DNA from: Nitrosopumilaceae archaeon
GTDB taxonomy: Archaea; Thermoproteota; Nitrososphaeria; Nitrososphaerales; Nitrosopumilaceae
Assembly: GCA_965208905.1 (NCBI GenBank)
Contig: OZ242365.1
Coordinates: 1,600,001-1,664,000, forward strand
Direction of reading: 5' to 3'
DNA: 64,000 nucleotides
Positions 19,209 to 28,787 of this stretch are shown piece by piece. The notes beneath the pieces are model-generated. The model ran no database searches. It was not told the DNA's origin and saw only the letters and a program-made list of their open reading frames with translations. Positions within the stretch are counted from its first letter, which is position 1, and every line of letters starts with the position of its first letter. Position numbers and translations under genes: made by a program.

Positions 19209-19735
19209 AAAAGCAGGCCCACTACAATACCGGCAAAGACAATCGATGTGACCATTGGAAGTCCGGGATACACTATCGCGCCCGCAGGCACGGAATCCAT
19301 TCTGCCGGTTGCAGGATCCACACAGAATCTGTCGCCTTCGCGCTTCTGATACCTGTATAGTCTGAGGGGAAATCCAAGTCCGGGCCGCCGTACACACAAT
19401 ACAACATGACTGCACATCAGGGGCACCATACCGCCGACTATACAATACACTACCGCCATCGGATGTATTGTACATATGGCCATCGATATGCCTGCAACGA
19501 ACCACCAGTCGCCACTCCCCATCATCCGCCTAAATACGAATGCCACACCACCCACACTCCCCCCCATTATGCCGCTGGTGACGACCTCCTGCATGCTGCC
19601 TGTCAGTGCATGCATGATGAATACCGCGCAGCCGACTACAAGTGCAGCTACACATGATTCCAGTGATACGGTTCTGTATTTTGCATCAGATATGGCTGCC
19701 GGTATCATGCACAACAAAGCCAGAAGCCATTCCAT
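19205..19735 (-). CDS. Prepilin peptidase (A24, FlaK/PibD-like)
   Basis: SDxKYRTV, MGSGD, PGLPMV, multiple TMs. Confidence 0.8.
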   Translation of the reverse strand: MEWLLALLCMIPAAISDAKYRTVSLESCVAALVVGCAVFIMHALTGSMQEVVTSGIMGGSVGGVAFVFRRMMGSGDWWFVAGISMAICTIHPMAVVYCIVGGMVPLMCSHVVLCVRRPGLGFPLRLYRYQKREGDRFCVDPATGRMDSVPAGAIVYPGLPMVTSIVFAGIVVGLLL

Positions 19736-19746
19736 GCACGGTAGAA

Positions 19747-20100
19747 TTATTCATTACGTTTAAGCGGCGATATGACATCATGCTCAAAGTGCAGCAACAT
19801 CCTGTTCATGTACAGGGAGATATGCACCCTGTCGCCCTTCCGTATCATACCCGACAGTTTTTTTGGGAGTGATATCACCCAGTAATATCTATACATTATG
19901 CCGCATAACTCCCGTATCTTTACTATGCGTATTGGTATGCCGTCCACATTGTCTATGCGGAATGTATCAGAATTATGTATGTTGATGTATGCATCCTCAC
20001 CGTTTTGTTCAATGTATTTTTTGGCCTGTTTGAACGGCAATCGCAGCCGGTAATATGGTGTGCCATCTATATACTGCATCTGCACACGCCTCACCTTCAT
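19747..20100 (-). CDS. Possible tandem AbrB/SpoVT-like regulator
   Basis: YRLRLP.K and VISLPKK...KGDRVHISL; start MKVRRV. Confidence 0.5.
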   Translation of the reverse strand: MKVRRVQMQYIDGTPYYRLRLPFKQAKKYIEQNGEDAYINIHNSDTFRIDNVDGIPIRIVKIRELCGIMYRYYWVISLPKKLSGMIRKGDRVHISLYMNRMLLHFEHDVISPLKRNE

Positions 20101-20167
20101 ACCGTATAATGCATTTGGGGTTCGCAAAAAGGTTAACATTTTTGCGTTTGTGCGCGCATTATATGTC

Positions 20168-21163
20168 ATGTGGTGCAGCATACGACTGGTCGAACACCAA
20201 CAAGAGAAGCGAAAGGAGTTGGTGCAGTCGATACTCTCCTATGTGAGACTTGCGGCATTCCTCACGTACAGGGATGTAGAGGGCTTCGTACGGTATTCAA
20301 TCTGGTTTGAGGACCAGTATCTGAGTTATGTGCTGGGGCTGCATGCGGCCAAGCCAGATCTGGGAGGTGTTGAGATTACACCGACTGATACGCCATCCAT
20401 ATTGGAGAACTGCATGATTGCCCAGGAGATGGAGATGCGTGGGTACGGGGCTGCCGAACTACCGCTTGATACGGGCATACGCTCGGCGACCGCCGCACTG
20501 GGTACGCAGATTACCGACACAGCATACAGGCTGCTGATATGCCACAGGGTTGAACGGTCTGATTTGATCGACGGGTACGTAAACAGTGGAGGCAGGCCGA
20601 CATCAATGTACAGGAAGGTGGCGGGCATGGCTGCGCGCGAGGCCATGGGATTCTTTGACAGCTCGCCCAGGCCTGCGGCTGAAAAACCCACCATCGATGC
20701 CAAAAAACCGCCATACACGCATACGCGCATCATACTGGGGGCGAATACCGAAGAGCACATAACAATACTTCGTGACTCATTTCCCGCCGGCAGTCTGAAG
20801 AGACTGAACCGCATACCGCCCGTACAAGTGGCCGCGCAGGCATGTATAATACCAAAGGTGCGGACAAGCATGATTCACTTTCCCGTGTTCAATGATGCCG
20901 AACTGGAGAGTCTGGAGATCCTGCCGACCAATGTGACCGAAGTTCCCATGGAGTACGGACGCGCCATCACATCCACAACGCAGCCCCCCACCGTATTTAT
21001 GGATTTGATAAACGACATAATACATACATCCATGCCCAGGCGCGTCCCGCTATATCTGGACATATCCGAAGAGCCCGACGACGCATCAATGCAGCCTGAG
21101 TTTCCAGTACAAATCATAGGCGGTGAACCCGAGTTTCCCATCAGTATGATTCCACACGCCTGA
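20168..21163 (+). CDS. Hypothetical protein, possibly transfer-associated
   Basis: Long ORF; start 29 nt after the box in palindromic CGCAAAAAGGTTAACATTTTTGCG. Confidence 0.6.
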   Translation: MWCSIRLVEHQQEKRKELVQSILSYVRLAAFLTYRDVEGFVRYSIWFEDQYLSYVLGLHAAKPDLGGVEITPTDTPSILENCMIAQEMEMRGYGAAELPLDTGIRSATAALGTQITDTAYRLLICHRVERSDLIDGYVNSGGRPTSMYRKVAGMAAREAMGFFDSSPRPAAEKPTIDAKKPPYTHTRIILGANTEEHITILRDSFPAGSLKRLNRIPPVQVAAQACIIPKVRTSMIHFPVFNDAELESLEILPTNVTEVPMEYGRAITSTTQPPTVFMDLINDIIHTSMPRRVPLYLDISEEPDDASMQPEFPVQIIGGEPEFPISMIPHA

Positions 21164-21196
21164 CGTGTGGCAGTGTGTCAACAAGCTCCGCCCGGC
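21152..21196 (-). ncRNA. Possible minimal member of the GCCGGGC pseudoknot family
   Basis: GCCGGGC 28-29 nt after TTTAA; CCACAC/GUGUGG hairpin with loop GUCAGGC (6/7 complementary to 5' end). Confidence 0.4.
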
Positions 21197-21288
21197 CACA
21201 CCATATATTGCATGATTGTGTTAAAGACGCATTGTGGGATTAACGATGCCCATGCGCGTACAACCGGCCTTACCGGCCAACCAATAAT

Positions 21289-21504
21289 ATGGATGCGCTC
21301 GTACAATCTAGCATTCTGCACAACCTCCTCACACTCTTACTAACAGATACAGTAATGTGGACTATTGGATCACTTGCAATTCTCTTTGGGGCGACAATAA
21401 TAATCACTGTTGTGATAACCAGTGTTGGATATGAGTTATATTTTGCAAGTTCACAAGTTGTTATATGGGTTTGGATATACCAAACACTGAGAAATATCGT
21501 GTAA
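21289..21504 (+). CDS. Small membrane protein
   Basis: Highly hydrophobic 71-aa ORF. Confidence 0.4.
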   Translation: MDALVQSSILHNLLTLLLTDTVMWTIGSLAILFGATIIITVVITSVGYELYFASSQVVIWVWIYQTLRNIV

Positions 21505-24161
21505 AGGCAGCCAGATTTGTGGAGCGCTGGCGCGGTGAGACATATGAGCGAGGTGAATCACAGACGTTCTGGAATGAGTTCTTTGATATATTCAGTAAGG
21601 ACAGACGTCTGGTGGCCCTCTTTGAGAGACGGGCCCGCCGATTAAAGGGACGTGGTTTTGTGGATTTGTTCTGGCCGGGTAAACTAATTGTAGAACAAAA
21701 AAGTGCTGGCCGTTCCATACAGGATGCCATGAAGCAGGCAGAGGAGTATACCATCAAACTACCTGAAAATGAGATACCGCGATATCTGCTAGCGTGTGAC
21801 TTTGCCAACTTTTTACTAGGAGACCTTGAGGATGATACAGAGGAAGAGTTTACCTTAGAGGAGTTACCAGACAAACTACACCTATTTGGATTCATGACTG
21901 ATGATGCAAGGAGTGGTCCTGATGTTGACCCTGTAAACCAAAAAGCTACCGGTATAATGGGTAAGATATACGATGGGTTGGTGCGAAACAACTACCCCAT
22001 ACAAGACAGTGGGAAGATGCTAACACGGCTCGCATTCTGCATGTTTGCCGATGATGCAGGCATATTCGAGCATGGTACATTCAGACGATTGTTTGGAAAG
22101 TATGATGTGGAGTCTACGGGTGGAGCCATTACGCATATGTTTGAGATATTGAATACGCCCAAGGAGAAGCGCCAACATACACTACGTGATGAGTTGGCCG
22201 CATTTCCACACGTAAACGGTGACCTGTTCGCTGAAAACATAACATCTGTTAGTCTAGACATGGAGTTAAGAAAATTTTTACTTGAGGCCGATGGTTATGA
22301 ATGGTCCAATGTAAACCCGGCCATATTTGGCGGGATGTTCCAGTCGGTGATGGACGCTGGTGAGCGGCGCCATATGGGAGCACATTATACGACTGAAGAG
22401 AACATACTGAAGGTGATCAACCCCTTGTTCATGGATGAGTTGAGGTCTCAATTCGAGAAGATTAATTCAGAGAATGTTAACCAACGCGCACGACTTGAGG
22501 AGTTTCAGGAACATTTAGCATCACTAAAATTCTTTGATCCAGCCTGTGGAAGTGGCAACTTCCTGTCAATCGCGTACAGAGAGTTGCGCAAATTGGAGTT
22601 GAAGGTTATTGAACTATTGCATGATAAGAGGGTAAAGCGGCTTGATGTCACAGGACTATCAAAGGTTGACGTTCACCAGTTCTACGGAATTGAGATAATG
22701 CCATTCTCAGCCCAAATTGCCGAGATCTCACTTTGGATGACCGACCATCTAATGAATAAGGAGTTGGGTAGAATGTATGGGATAGCATACGCCCGCATAC
22801 CGCTCAAAAAATCGCCCAACATAGTATGTAATGATGCACTGGAGATGGACTGGAATGACATACTACCTGCACATGAATGCAATTACATTCTAGGCAATCC
22901 TCCATATGAGGGCTCCAAAGTCATGACTTCACAACAGCGTGAGCAGGTCCGGCGGATAGCCAACCTAGGCAGGTCCGGCGGCACTTTAGACTATGTGGCT
23001 GCATGGTGTATAAAGGCGGCCCGGTATACACAGGACAATCGTCATACACGTATCGGATTTGTCGCAACTAATTCAATAACGCAGGGGGAACAGGTAGGGC
23101 AACTTTGGCCTACACTATACAGTATGGGTCTAGACATTGAGTTCGCTTACAAATCATTCAAGTGGGATAGTGAGGCGCCCGGTATGGCTCATGTACATGT
23201 GGTGATAATCGGACTCGGAAGAGATGTGAGATGTCGTAGACTATTCCATACTGGTGAATATGAGCATATAGATGACAGTCCGCCAAGGATATCGCCATAT
23301 TTGTTGGGCGCCAACCGGGTGCGTGTAGTGCATGAGTCATACAAACCACTGAATGGTTTGTCGGACATGAGGATGGGTTCCAAGCCGATCGACGGTGGCC
23401 ATTACATATTTACCGATACCGAAAGGGAAATGTTTCTTCAAACAGAACCCAAAGCCAATCAATTGATAAGGCAGTATGTGGATGCTCGGGGATTTCTTCA
23501 CGGCAAACGCCGTTGGATATTGGCGCTACAAGAGGCTGAGCCAAACGTACTGAGAATGCTACCACGCGTAACAGAACGAATAAACCTAGTGAAGGCGCAT
23601 AGACTAGCAAGTAAGGCTCCATCTACAAGGGATTTGGCTGGTACACCAACATTATACCACCTTAACGTGTTACCGGAGAAACCTTTTCTGGCTATCCCGG
23701 AAGTGAGTTCGGAGAAACGCAAGTATGTGCCCATTGGGTATATCGAGCCTCCAGCAATACCGAGCAATCGCCTCATGGTTGTGTTAGATGCAAGTCTTGG
23801 ACTCTTTGGACTGCTTACATCCAAGATGCATATGACTTGGCTGAATTATGTAGGTGGTCGGTTGGAGACGAGATATACGTATTCAAAAGGCGTAGTGTAT
23901 AACACATTTCCCGTCCCGGACTCACCACTGAATGTCTTGGAGCCTTATGCTCAGGCAGTACTAGATGCACGTGCTGCACACCCAAAATCCACTCTGGCAG
24001 ACCTGTATGATCCTGATATAATGCCGCCGGATTTGTTCAAGGCGCATCGTAGACTTGATAAACATGTTGACAGATTATACCGGAAGGAACCATTCAGGTC
24101 TGATGATGGACGGATGGAGTTCCTATTGGCGCGGTACGAGGACATGATTCATGCTTCATGA
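21465..24161 (+). CDS. MmeI-family (type IIG/IIL) restriction-modification enzyme
   Basis: FWNEFF, VDLFWPG...EQKS nuclease; DPACGSGNF, GNPPY; C-terminal YNTFPVP...TLADLYDP. Confidence 0.92.
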   Translation: MGLDIPNTEKYRVKAARFVERWRGETYERGESQTFWNEFFDIFSKDRRLVALFERRARRLKGRGFVDLFWPGKLIVEQKSAGRSIQDAMKQAEEYTIKLPENEIPRYLLACDFANFLLGDLEDDTEEEFTLEELPDKLHLFGFMTDDARSGPDVDPVNQKATGIMGKIYDGLVRNNYPIQDSGKMLTRLAFCMFADDAGIFEHGTFRRLFGKYDVESTGGAITHMFEILNTPKEKRQHTLRDELAAFPHVNGDLFAENITSVSLDMELRKFLLEADGYEWSNVNPAIFGGMFQSVMDAGERRHMGAHYTTEENILKVINPLFMDELRSQFEKINSENVNQRARLEEFQEHLASLKFFDPACGSGNFLSIAYRELRKLELKVIELLHDKRVKRLDVTGLSKVDVHQFYGIEIMPFSAQIAEISLWMTDHLMNKELGRMYGIAYARIPLKKSPNIVCNDALEMDWNDILPAHECNYILGNPPYEGSKVMTSQQREQVRRIANLGRSGGTLDYVAAWCIKAARYTQDNRHTRIGFVATNSITQGEQVGQLWPTLYSMGLDIEFAYKSFKWDSEAPGMAHVHVVIIGLGRDVRCRRLFHTGEYEHIDDSPPRISPYLLGANRVRVVHESYKPLNGLSDMRMGSKPIDGGHYIFTDTEREMFLQTEPKANQLIRQYVDARGFLHGKRRWILALQEAEPNVLRMLPRVTERINLVKAHRLASKAPSTRDLAGTPTLYHLNVLPEKPFLAIPEVSSEKRKYVPIGYIEPPAIPSNRLMVVLDASLGLFGLLTSKMHMTWLNYVGGRLETRYTYSKGVVYNTFPVPDSPLNVLEPYAQAVLDARAAHPKSTLADLYDPDIMPPDLFKAHRRLDKHVDRLYRKEPFRSDDGRMEFLLARYEDMIHAS

Positions 24162-24630
24162 TATCCTAGTACCTGTCATAGTCGGCCTAGGTGGAGGTAT
24201 ACTAGGTGGTGTGATCGGTGTTCTTGGTAGTATGCGTCTGGCCCAGAAACAAACACAAAGACAGAAGGCTGAAGAGCGTCGAAAACGCATCCAAGACCAG
24301 TTGGTGACATACGACACGTTGTGGCGGTTCCTAAAGGAGCGCAACAGTAGGTGGCAGTCACATCCTGCATCCACTAAAATAAAGCAGTATACACATTGGT
24401 TTACGCTGGACTCCTACGAATGGCTGCGTAAGCACTTTGAGCAATCAGGTAATTTGCTGACGAGTGAGACATTCTCCATATATCTTGATTTGTTAAAGAA
24501 GGACACATTGGGCATGTCTGCGTTGGCAAGTGGTAAGCCAAACCCATTCATCATGGCAAACTACATGAAACTACAAGATGATGCAGAACAGATGTGCGCC
24601 AACCTAAAAAAGACATTGGATAATTTTTGA
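24151..24630 (+). CDS. Membrane-anchored hypothetical protein
   Basis: N-terminal Gly-rich TM; overlaps RM gene end. Confidence 0.65.
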   Translation: MLHDILVPVIVGLGGGILGGVIGVLGSMRLAQKQTQRQKAEERRKRIQDQLVTYDTLWRFLKERNSRWQSHPASTKIKQYTHWFTLDSYEWLRKHFEQSGNLLTSETFSIYLDLLKKDTLGMSALASGKPNPFIMANYMKLQDDAEQMCANLKKTLDNF

Positions 24631-24661
24631 GTGGTGGGGCATATTTACAATCCCCGCCACA

Positions 24662-27286
24662 CTATCGCACATCTATACTGAACGTCTTGAAGATAAACTG
24701 CGCAACAACACTCTCAAACTCCGTACTGGTGCATAATGGTGTGAAAGTGCCGGTTACACTTTGTATTGAAAGACGCACCTCAACAGGTATGTGCTCGCCC
24801 TGATGCGCCGGCACGGCAATAGTCCTTACCGTATAGCCTGAATCATCCGGCATACTGACGAACCTCCCGTAGCACCTATCGCTATATTTGGCGTACTCTT
24901 CCTGCTGCACATCATACGTATCAACCGTCCAACTGCCAAGACTGGTAACGGACTGGCCTACCCACACCTCACCGGTTGCGGTGAGTGTCCCATTATACCA
25001 TTTGCTGATGTTTCCCGTCCAGCCGGTATTATCCCCCATACCCAGAGCGGCAACCGACACGCCAATACTGGTAGTTATGTCCAGAGACAGCACGCCATCA
25101 CGCGGGGACTGCACCCCTCCCCTATACACGTATGTGCCCACGGACCCCGCATTAAATCCCCTATCCAGGGGCGCAACACCCTCCCCACCACCAAGTGATA
25201 AATATGAACTGCCAAACGGCAGGCCGTACAGCAAATACTGCGACTCCAGGATGTTGGGGGCTATCACCGTGCACAGATATGGGCGGTTTCCCAGTATCGG
25301 CACGTGTATGCTGTCACCGGCAACATAATCTCCATCCAGATAGTCCAAGTATGTGCGGCTGGCCTTGTATGCATTCTGCATTAGCATATTATGTTCAATG
25401 CCGCCTGTCGTGTTTGGGGCAAACAACAAAACCCCCAACATGTCTAGATCATACCCACCTGAACCATACGCTTCAAGTACTACACCCCTCAAATCCCCAG
25501 CCGTCACTGTTGACTCCGTGGGGCCGCACGGCAGGCTGGATAGATACGTACCGGATATACGGGTCGGTTTTACGACTGGTATTGTAGCATACATGTCTAC
25601 AATGACAAAACCATCTCTTGGCAACTCCACACCGTACAACTCCCAGAATGGATTCTTCTCTATGGCCATCCACGGTTCTATGTACGGCATGGGCAGATGC
25701 GTACCATCCCAGAATTTGAACATACCTATGTCGGTGCGCAGCATCTTGTGGTTCCGTATATCGTATATTTCAGACGACATGAGATTGCTTCTGTCTGATG
25801 CGCCGAGCAGTCTGAATTTGTCGGCAGCCGAATAATTAAACCCGTAGAAGTGTGGCTCAAACGGATCAAACGATGCAGAAGAGGGAGCCCACATAAAGTT
25901 AGTTCTGTTGGAATCGACAAACCTCACCTTGTAAGGCTTCCAATCAGTGGACGTATCATCATACAGGAACCCATGATATATCGGGTCGCCCGTATTGCTG
26001 TGCGCAATCCACCTGGTAGTTGTGTTTGTCATTTGGTTTATTTCATTTCGTACGGTCTGCATCTCGCGCAGTACGGGATGGTCTGCCGGTATCTCGCCCC
26101 TGCCGGGTATTATGAGCAGGTGTCGGTCGGCATTGTGTATTACGGCGGGCTTGTTTGCACGGTTGTAGATGCCGCCGTCAAACGCATGGCAGCACTCAGT
26201 GGCCCCACTGAGACGAACCTGCAGCTTGGCATCCACACCGGGGCTCGTAACTACTATCGCGCTGTTTTGTTCGGCGCTGTATATGGCATTCCAGCCCGGG
26301 TATAATGGCTGCCATGCCCTGGACTGGACGGCGCCAGTCTGCAGAGGGTCGGCGCCGCCACCCGTGCAGGCACCCACTATACTGTTGCCCGATATGGCCA
26401 GGTTGGGTGTGCAACCCCCGCCGTCCTGCCAGTATCCTATGTAATCACTCCGCGCGTTGGGCAGTGTGGAGTGCGACTCATGTATGCTGTCCCATGCAAG
26501 TCCTGTTAGGTTGCCCGCACGAAACACGTATGGTACGGCGGGTGTTACCGCCCAGGAACTGGTATGCCTGTACCCCAGAGTCTCAAAACTTCTCAGGGGC
26601 TCCACGTATGTGGCATGTGATGTATCGCGGCATTCGGGGCATGTAAACATAACCTCAAGCGTTGAGGTACTATTCGGCAGTCTCATGTGTATTATGGTGC
26701 GGCCATCAACAGGGAGATCCAACACGTGTCCGTACTGTGTGGTATTGGCGATGTACAGTGTGCTGTTTCGGAAGTTGTCCACACACCTTGTGCCGCCTAG
26801 ATGATTGCAGCTTCCCAGTATGTCTATTGAGGGGTGGGGGCCAACACGTGCAGTGGCCATATACGGCACGACGCCATGCCTTGCAATTTCGCCGACCGGC
26901 ATGTTTGCGTATAGATACTGTGATGCGCCGCCCCACTCGCTTATTATATCCGCCCGCATGTATGTTCGGGTTTTGTCATATGGCGGTAGTGGGTTTACGG
27001 TACCGGCCTCATCAAAATGTATTGTGGGCCCGGTGGTGGACGTCCTGCCGGCTGCCACTGCAATCATGGAATCCAGCGGCTCCATGTTCAGAAACGGCGC
27101 TGAATCGAATCCGGGCGGCCGCTCCGGGGGCGGTCCTATTATTGGGTATACGTTGCCCAAATCCGTAACAACCCAGAACTGTGTTATGTTCTGCGCCGTT
27201 TGTCCAAAGACGGCCGGCAGTATGCCGGCAGACAGTATTATTGCCATAACGCCAGCATACATGATGATGAAGGACCAACCTGCCAT
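24662..27286 (-). CDS. Large exported/surface protein (874 aa)
   Basis: Signal peptide; Gly/Thr/aromatic-rich. Confidence 0.75.
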   Translation of the reverse strand: MAGWSFIIMYAGVMAIILSAGILPAVFGQTAQNITQFWVVTDLGNVYPIIGPPPERPPGFDSAPFLNMEPLDSMIAVAAGRTSTTGPTIHFDEAGTVNPLPPYDKTRTYMRADIISEWGGASQYLYANMPVGEIARHGVVPYMATARVGPHPSIDILGSCNHLGGTRCVDNFRNSTLYIANTTQYGHVLDLPVDGRTIIHMRLPNSTSTLEVMFTCPECRDTSHATYVEPLRSFETLGYRHTSSWAVTPAVPYVFRAGNLTGLAWDSIHESHSTLPNARSDYIGYWQDGGGCTPNLAISGNSIVGACTGGGADPLQTGAVQSRAWQPLYPGWNAIYSAEQNSAIVVTSPGVDAKLQVRLSGATECCHAFDGGIYNRANKPAVIHNADRHLLIIPGRGEIPADHPVLREMQTVRNEINQMTNTTTRWIAHSNTGDPIYHGFLYDDTSTDWKPYKVRFVDSNRTNFMWAPSSASFDPFEPHFYGFNYSAADKFRLLGASDRSNLMSSEIYDIRNHKMLRTDIGMFKFWDGTHLPMPYIEPWMAIEKNPFWELYGVELPRDGFVIVDMYATIPVVKPTRISGTYLSSLPCGPTESTVTAGDLRGVVLEAYGSGGYDLDMLGVLLFAPNTTGGIEHNMLMQNAYKASRTYLDYLDGDYVAGDSIHVPILGNRPYLCTVIAPNILESQYLLYGLPFGSSYLSLGGGEGVAPLDRGFNAGSVGTYVYRGGVQSPRDGVLSLDITTSIGVSVAALGMGDNTGWTGNISKWYNGTLTATGEVWVGQSVTSLGSWTVDTYDVQQEEYAKYSDRCYGRFVSMPDDSGYTVRTIAVPAHQGEHIPVEVRLSIQSVTGTFTPLCTSTEFESVVAQFIFKTFSIDVR

Positions 27287-27400
27287 GCTATTATTATACG
27301 GCGGAGACGTTTTTGGATTATAGTCAGGGTGATGGCAAACCAGTGTACAAACTGGAATTCAGGTGCTACGCCCAGGCGGTCATCCGTGGCAGGAAAAACG

Positions 27401-27622
27401 TCAAGATTCGTTGAAAGTACTAGAATTTGAGAGAAGGTTCATCAATTCTTCTTTTTCAACTGGATCGGTGATTTCACCAGTTATCTCATAGCAGGGCTTC
27501 TGGGTCAGGCTCTGGCTTACTAGTTCAGCAGTGGTTATATCATACTCGGCGCAGATTGTATCCCAGTCCACATAGTGTACCTTGCGCTCAGTAGGAATTG
27601 GGCTTTCTTTGTCTTCTGTCAC
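27401..27622 (-). CDS. Small acidic hypothetical protein
   Basis: GTG start 29 nt after CCTTAAA. Confidence 0.5.
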   Translation of the reverse strand: MTEDKESPIPTERKVHYVDWDTICAEYDITTAELVSQSLTQKPCYEITGEITDPVEKEELMNLLSNSSTFNES

Positions 27623-27680
27623 AGTTATAGAGAAGCCGAATAGATATTTAAGGTCGGTGTTTGCATGTAACTGGTGAAGT

Positions 27681-27929
27681 GTGATGTATGAAGACCGAAT
27701 ATTACGTCTATTAGAACAAAACCCAACAACCTTATACACAGAGGAAGATATACAAGTAACACTTATTGGTAAAAATCCTTACTTATATCGTCAACATACC
27801 CCATTTGTGGTTCAGAATGAACGTGATAAACTCAGTAAGGCTTTAGAGAATTTAGTACAACAGGGCAAGATATACAAAAATGAAACTGAAGACAAAGTAT
27901 TGTATGGTGTCCAACAATGGTTCTCGTAG
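27681..27929 (+). CDS. Winged-helix-like DNA-binding protein
   Basis: ILRLL...LSKALENLVQQGKI...LY pattern; directly upstream of the GTTAC repeats. Confidence 0.55.
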   Translation: MMYEDRILRLLEQNPTTLYTEEDIQVTLIGKNPYLYRQHTPFVVQNERDKLSKALENLVQQGKIYKNETEDKVLYGVQQWFS

Positions 27930-27946
27930 TTTGACACAAGGCATTG

Positions 27947-28072
27947 TTGGAAAATGTGTTTTAGGTTACGCGTGTTACACCATGATACAGGTTACGTAGA
28001 TGTTACGGTTACTTGGAAAGTGTGTTTTAGGTTACCCGTGCTACACTATACATCAGGTTACGTAGATGTTAC
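27947..28072. repeat. Two ~60-bp direct repeats (period 66) rich in GTTAC
   Basis: TTGGAAAnTGTGTTTTAGGTTAC...CAGGTTACGTAGATGTTAC at 27947-28006 and 28013-28072. Confidence 0.9.
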
Positions 28073-28148
28073 AAAATCTATCATTAGGGTTTCACAGATT
28101 CTCCTCCCAACCCATATAGCGCCTTAAATTGTATCGTACGGTTAACCT

Positions 28149-28787
28149 ATGATGCAACTTGTGTTGGAGAAGGACTGTTTGCACCACCTCGCGGCGATGT
28201 TGGGTGAGATGGACGAGGTGGTAGTCAGCCCAAAGCGCGGTGCGCTGGTTGCGTATGATATGGCCAGAACGCGGCGCATCTCGTATATCATACCGGAGAG
28301 TGATGAGGATGACACTGGCCTGCAGGGTATTATATTCGCCAAGATAGCAAAGCGGATACGCGATACATGTGATGTAAGCATTACACGGGATGGATGTATT
28401 CTACGGTCGGGCAGCACAACATACAAAATACGCCCGTTTATGGCGTCCGAATATCTGCCTACACCGGCTGCGGATCACACAGGCCAGGTTACGGTACGGG
28501 CAGAGGATGTGAAGGAGGCCCTCAAGGACATCCAAATATCAGGCTCAGGCGCCGTCGTAATATCAATACATGATAATATGGTGCGGTTTAGCGGCGTGGG
28601 GGCATTCGACGCGGAAATAGAGATACAGTCCACACATCATACGGGCATGGGATATTCCCGCCTGGACTGCGAGTTGCTGATGCTGTGCGCGCAGCACATG
28701 TACGGGGATATCACACTGCATCTATCGCCAAAGAAACCCACGGCAATCAAGTTTGGCGGTTTCACGTACCATCAGGCGGCGATGTGA
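28149..28787 (+). CDS. pcn: Divergent PCNA-like sliding clamp
   Basis: DEV, AYDMART, VKEALKDI, ITLHLSPKKP pattern; coupled to MCM; promoter identical over 19 bp to radA promoter. Confidence 0.7.
   Translation: MMQLVLEKDCLHHLAAMLGEMDEVVVSPKRGALVAYDMARTRRISYIIPESDEDDTGLQGIIFAKIAKRIRDTCDVSITRDGCILRSGSTTYKIRPFMASEYLPTPAADHTGQVTVRAEDVKEALKDIQISGSGAVVISIHDNMVRFSGVGAFDAEIEIQSTHHTGMGYSRLDCELLMLCAQHMYGDITLHLSPKKPTAIKFGGFTYHQAAM

Noticed and set aside
27947-28072. CRISPR array
   Set aside because: Units repeat along their whole length with no unique spacers.
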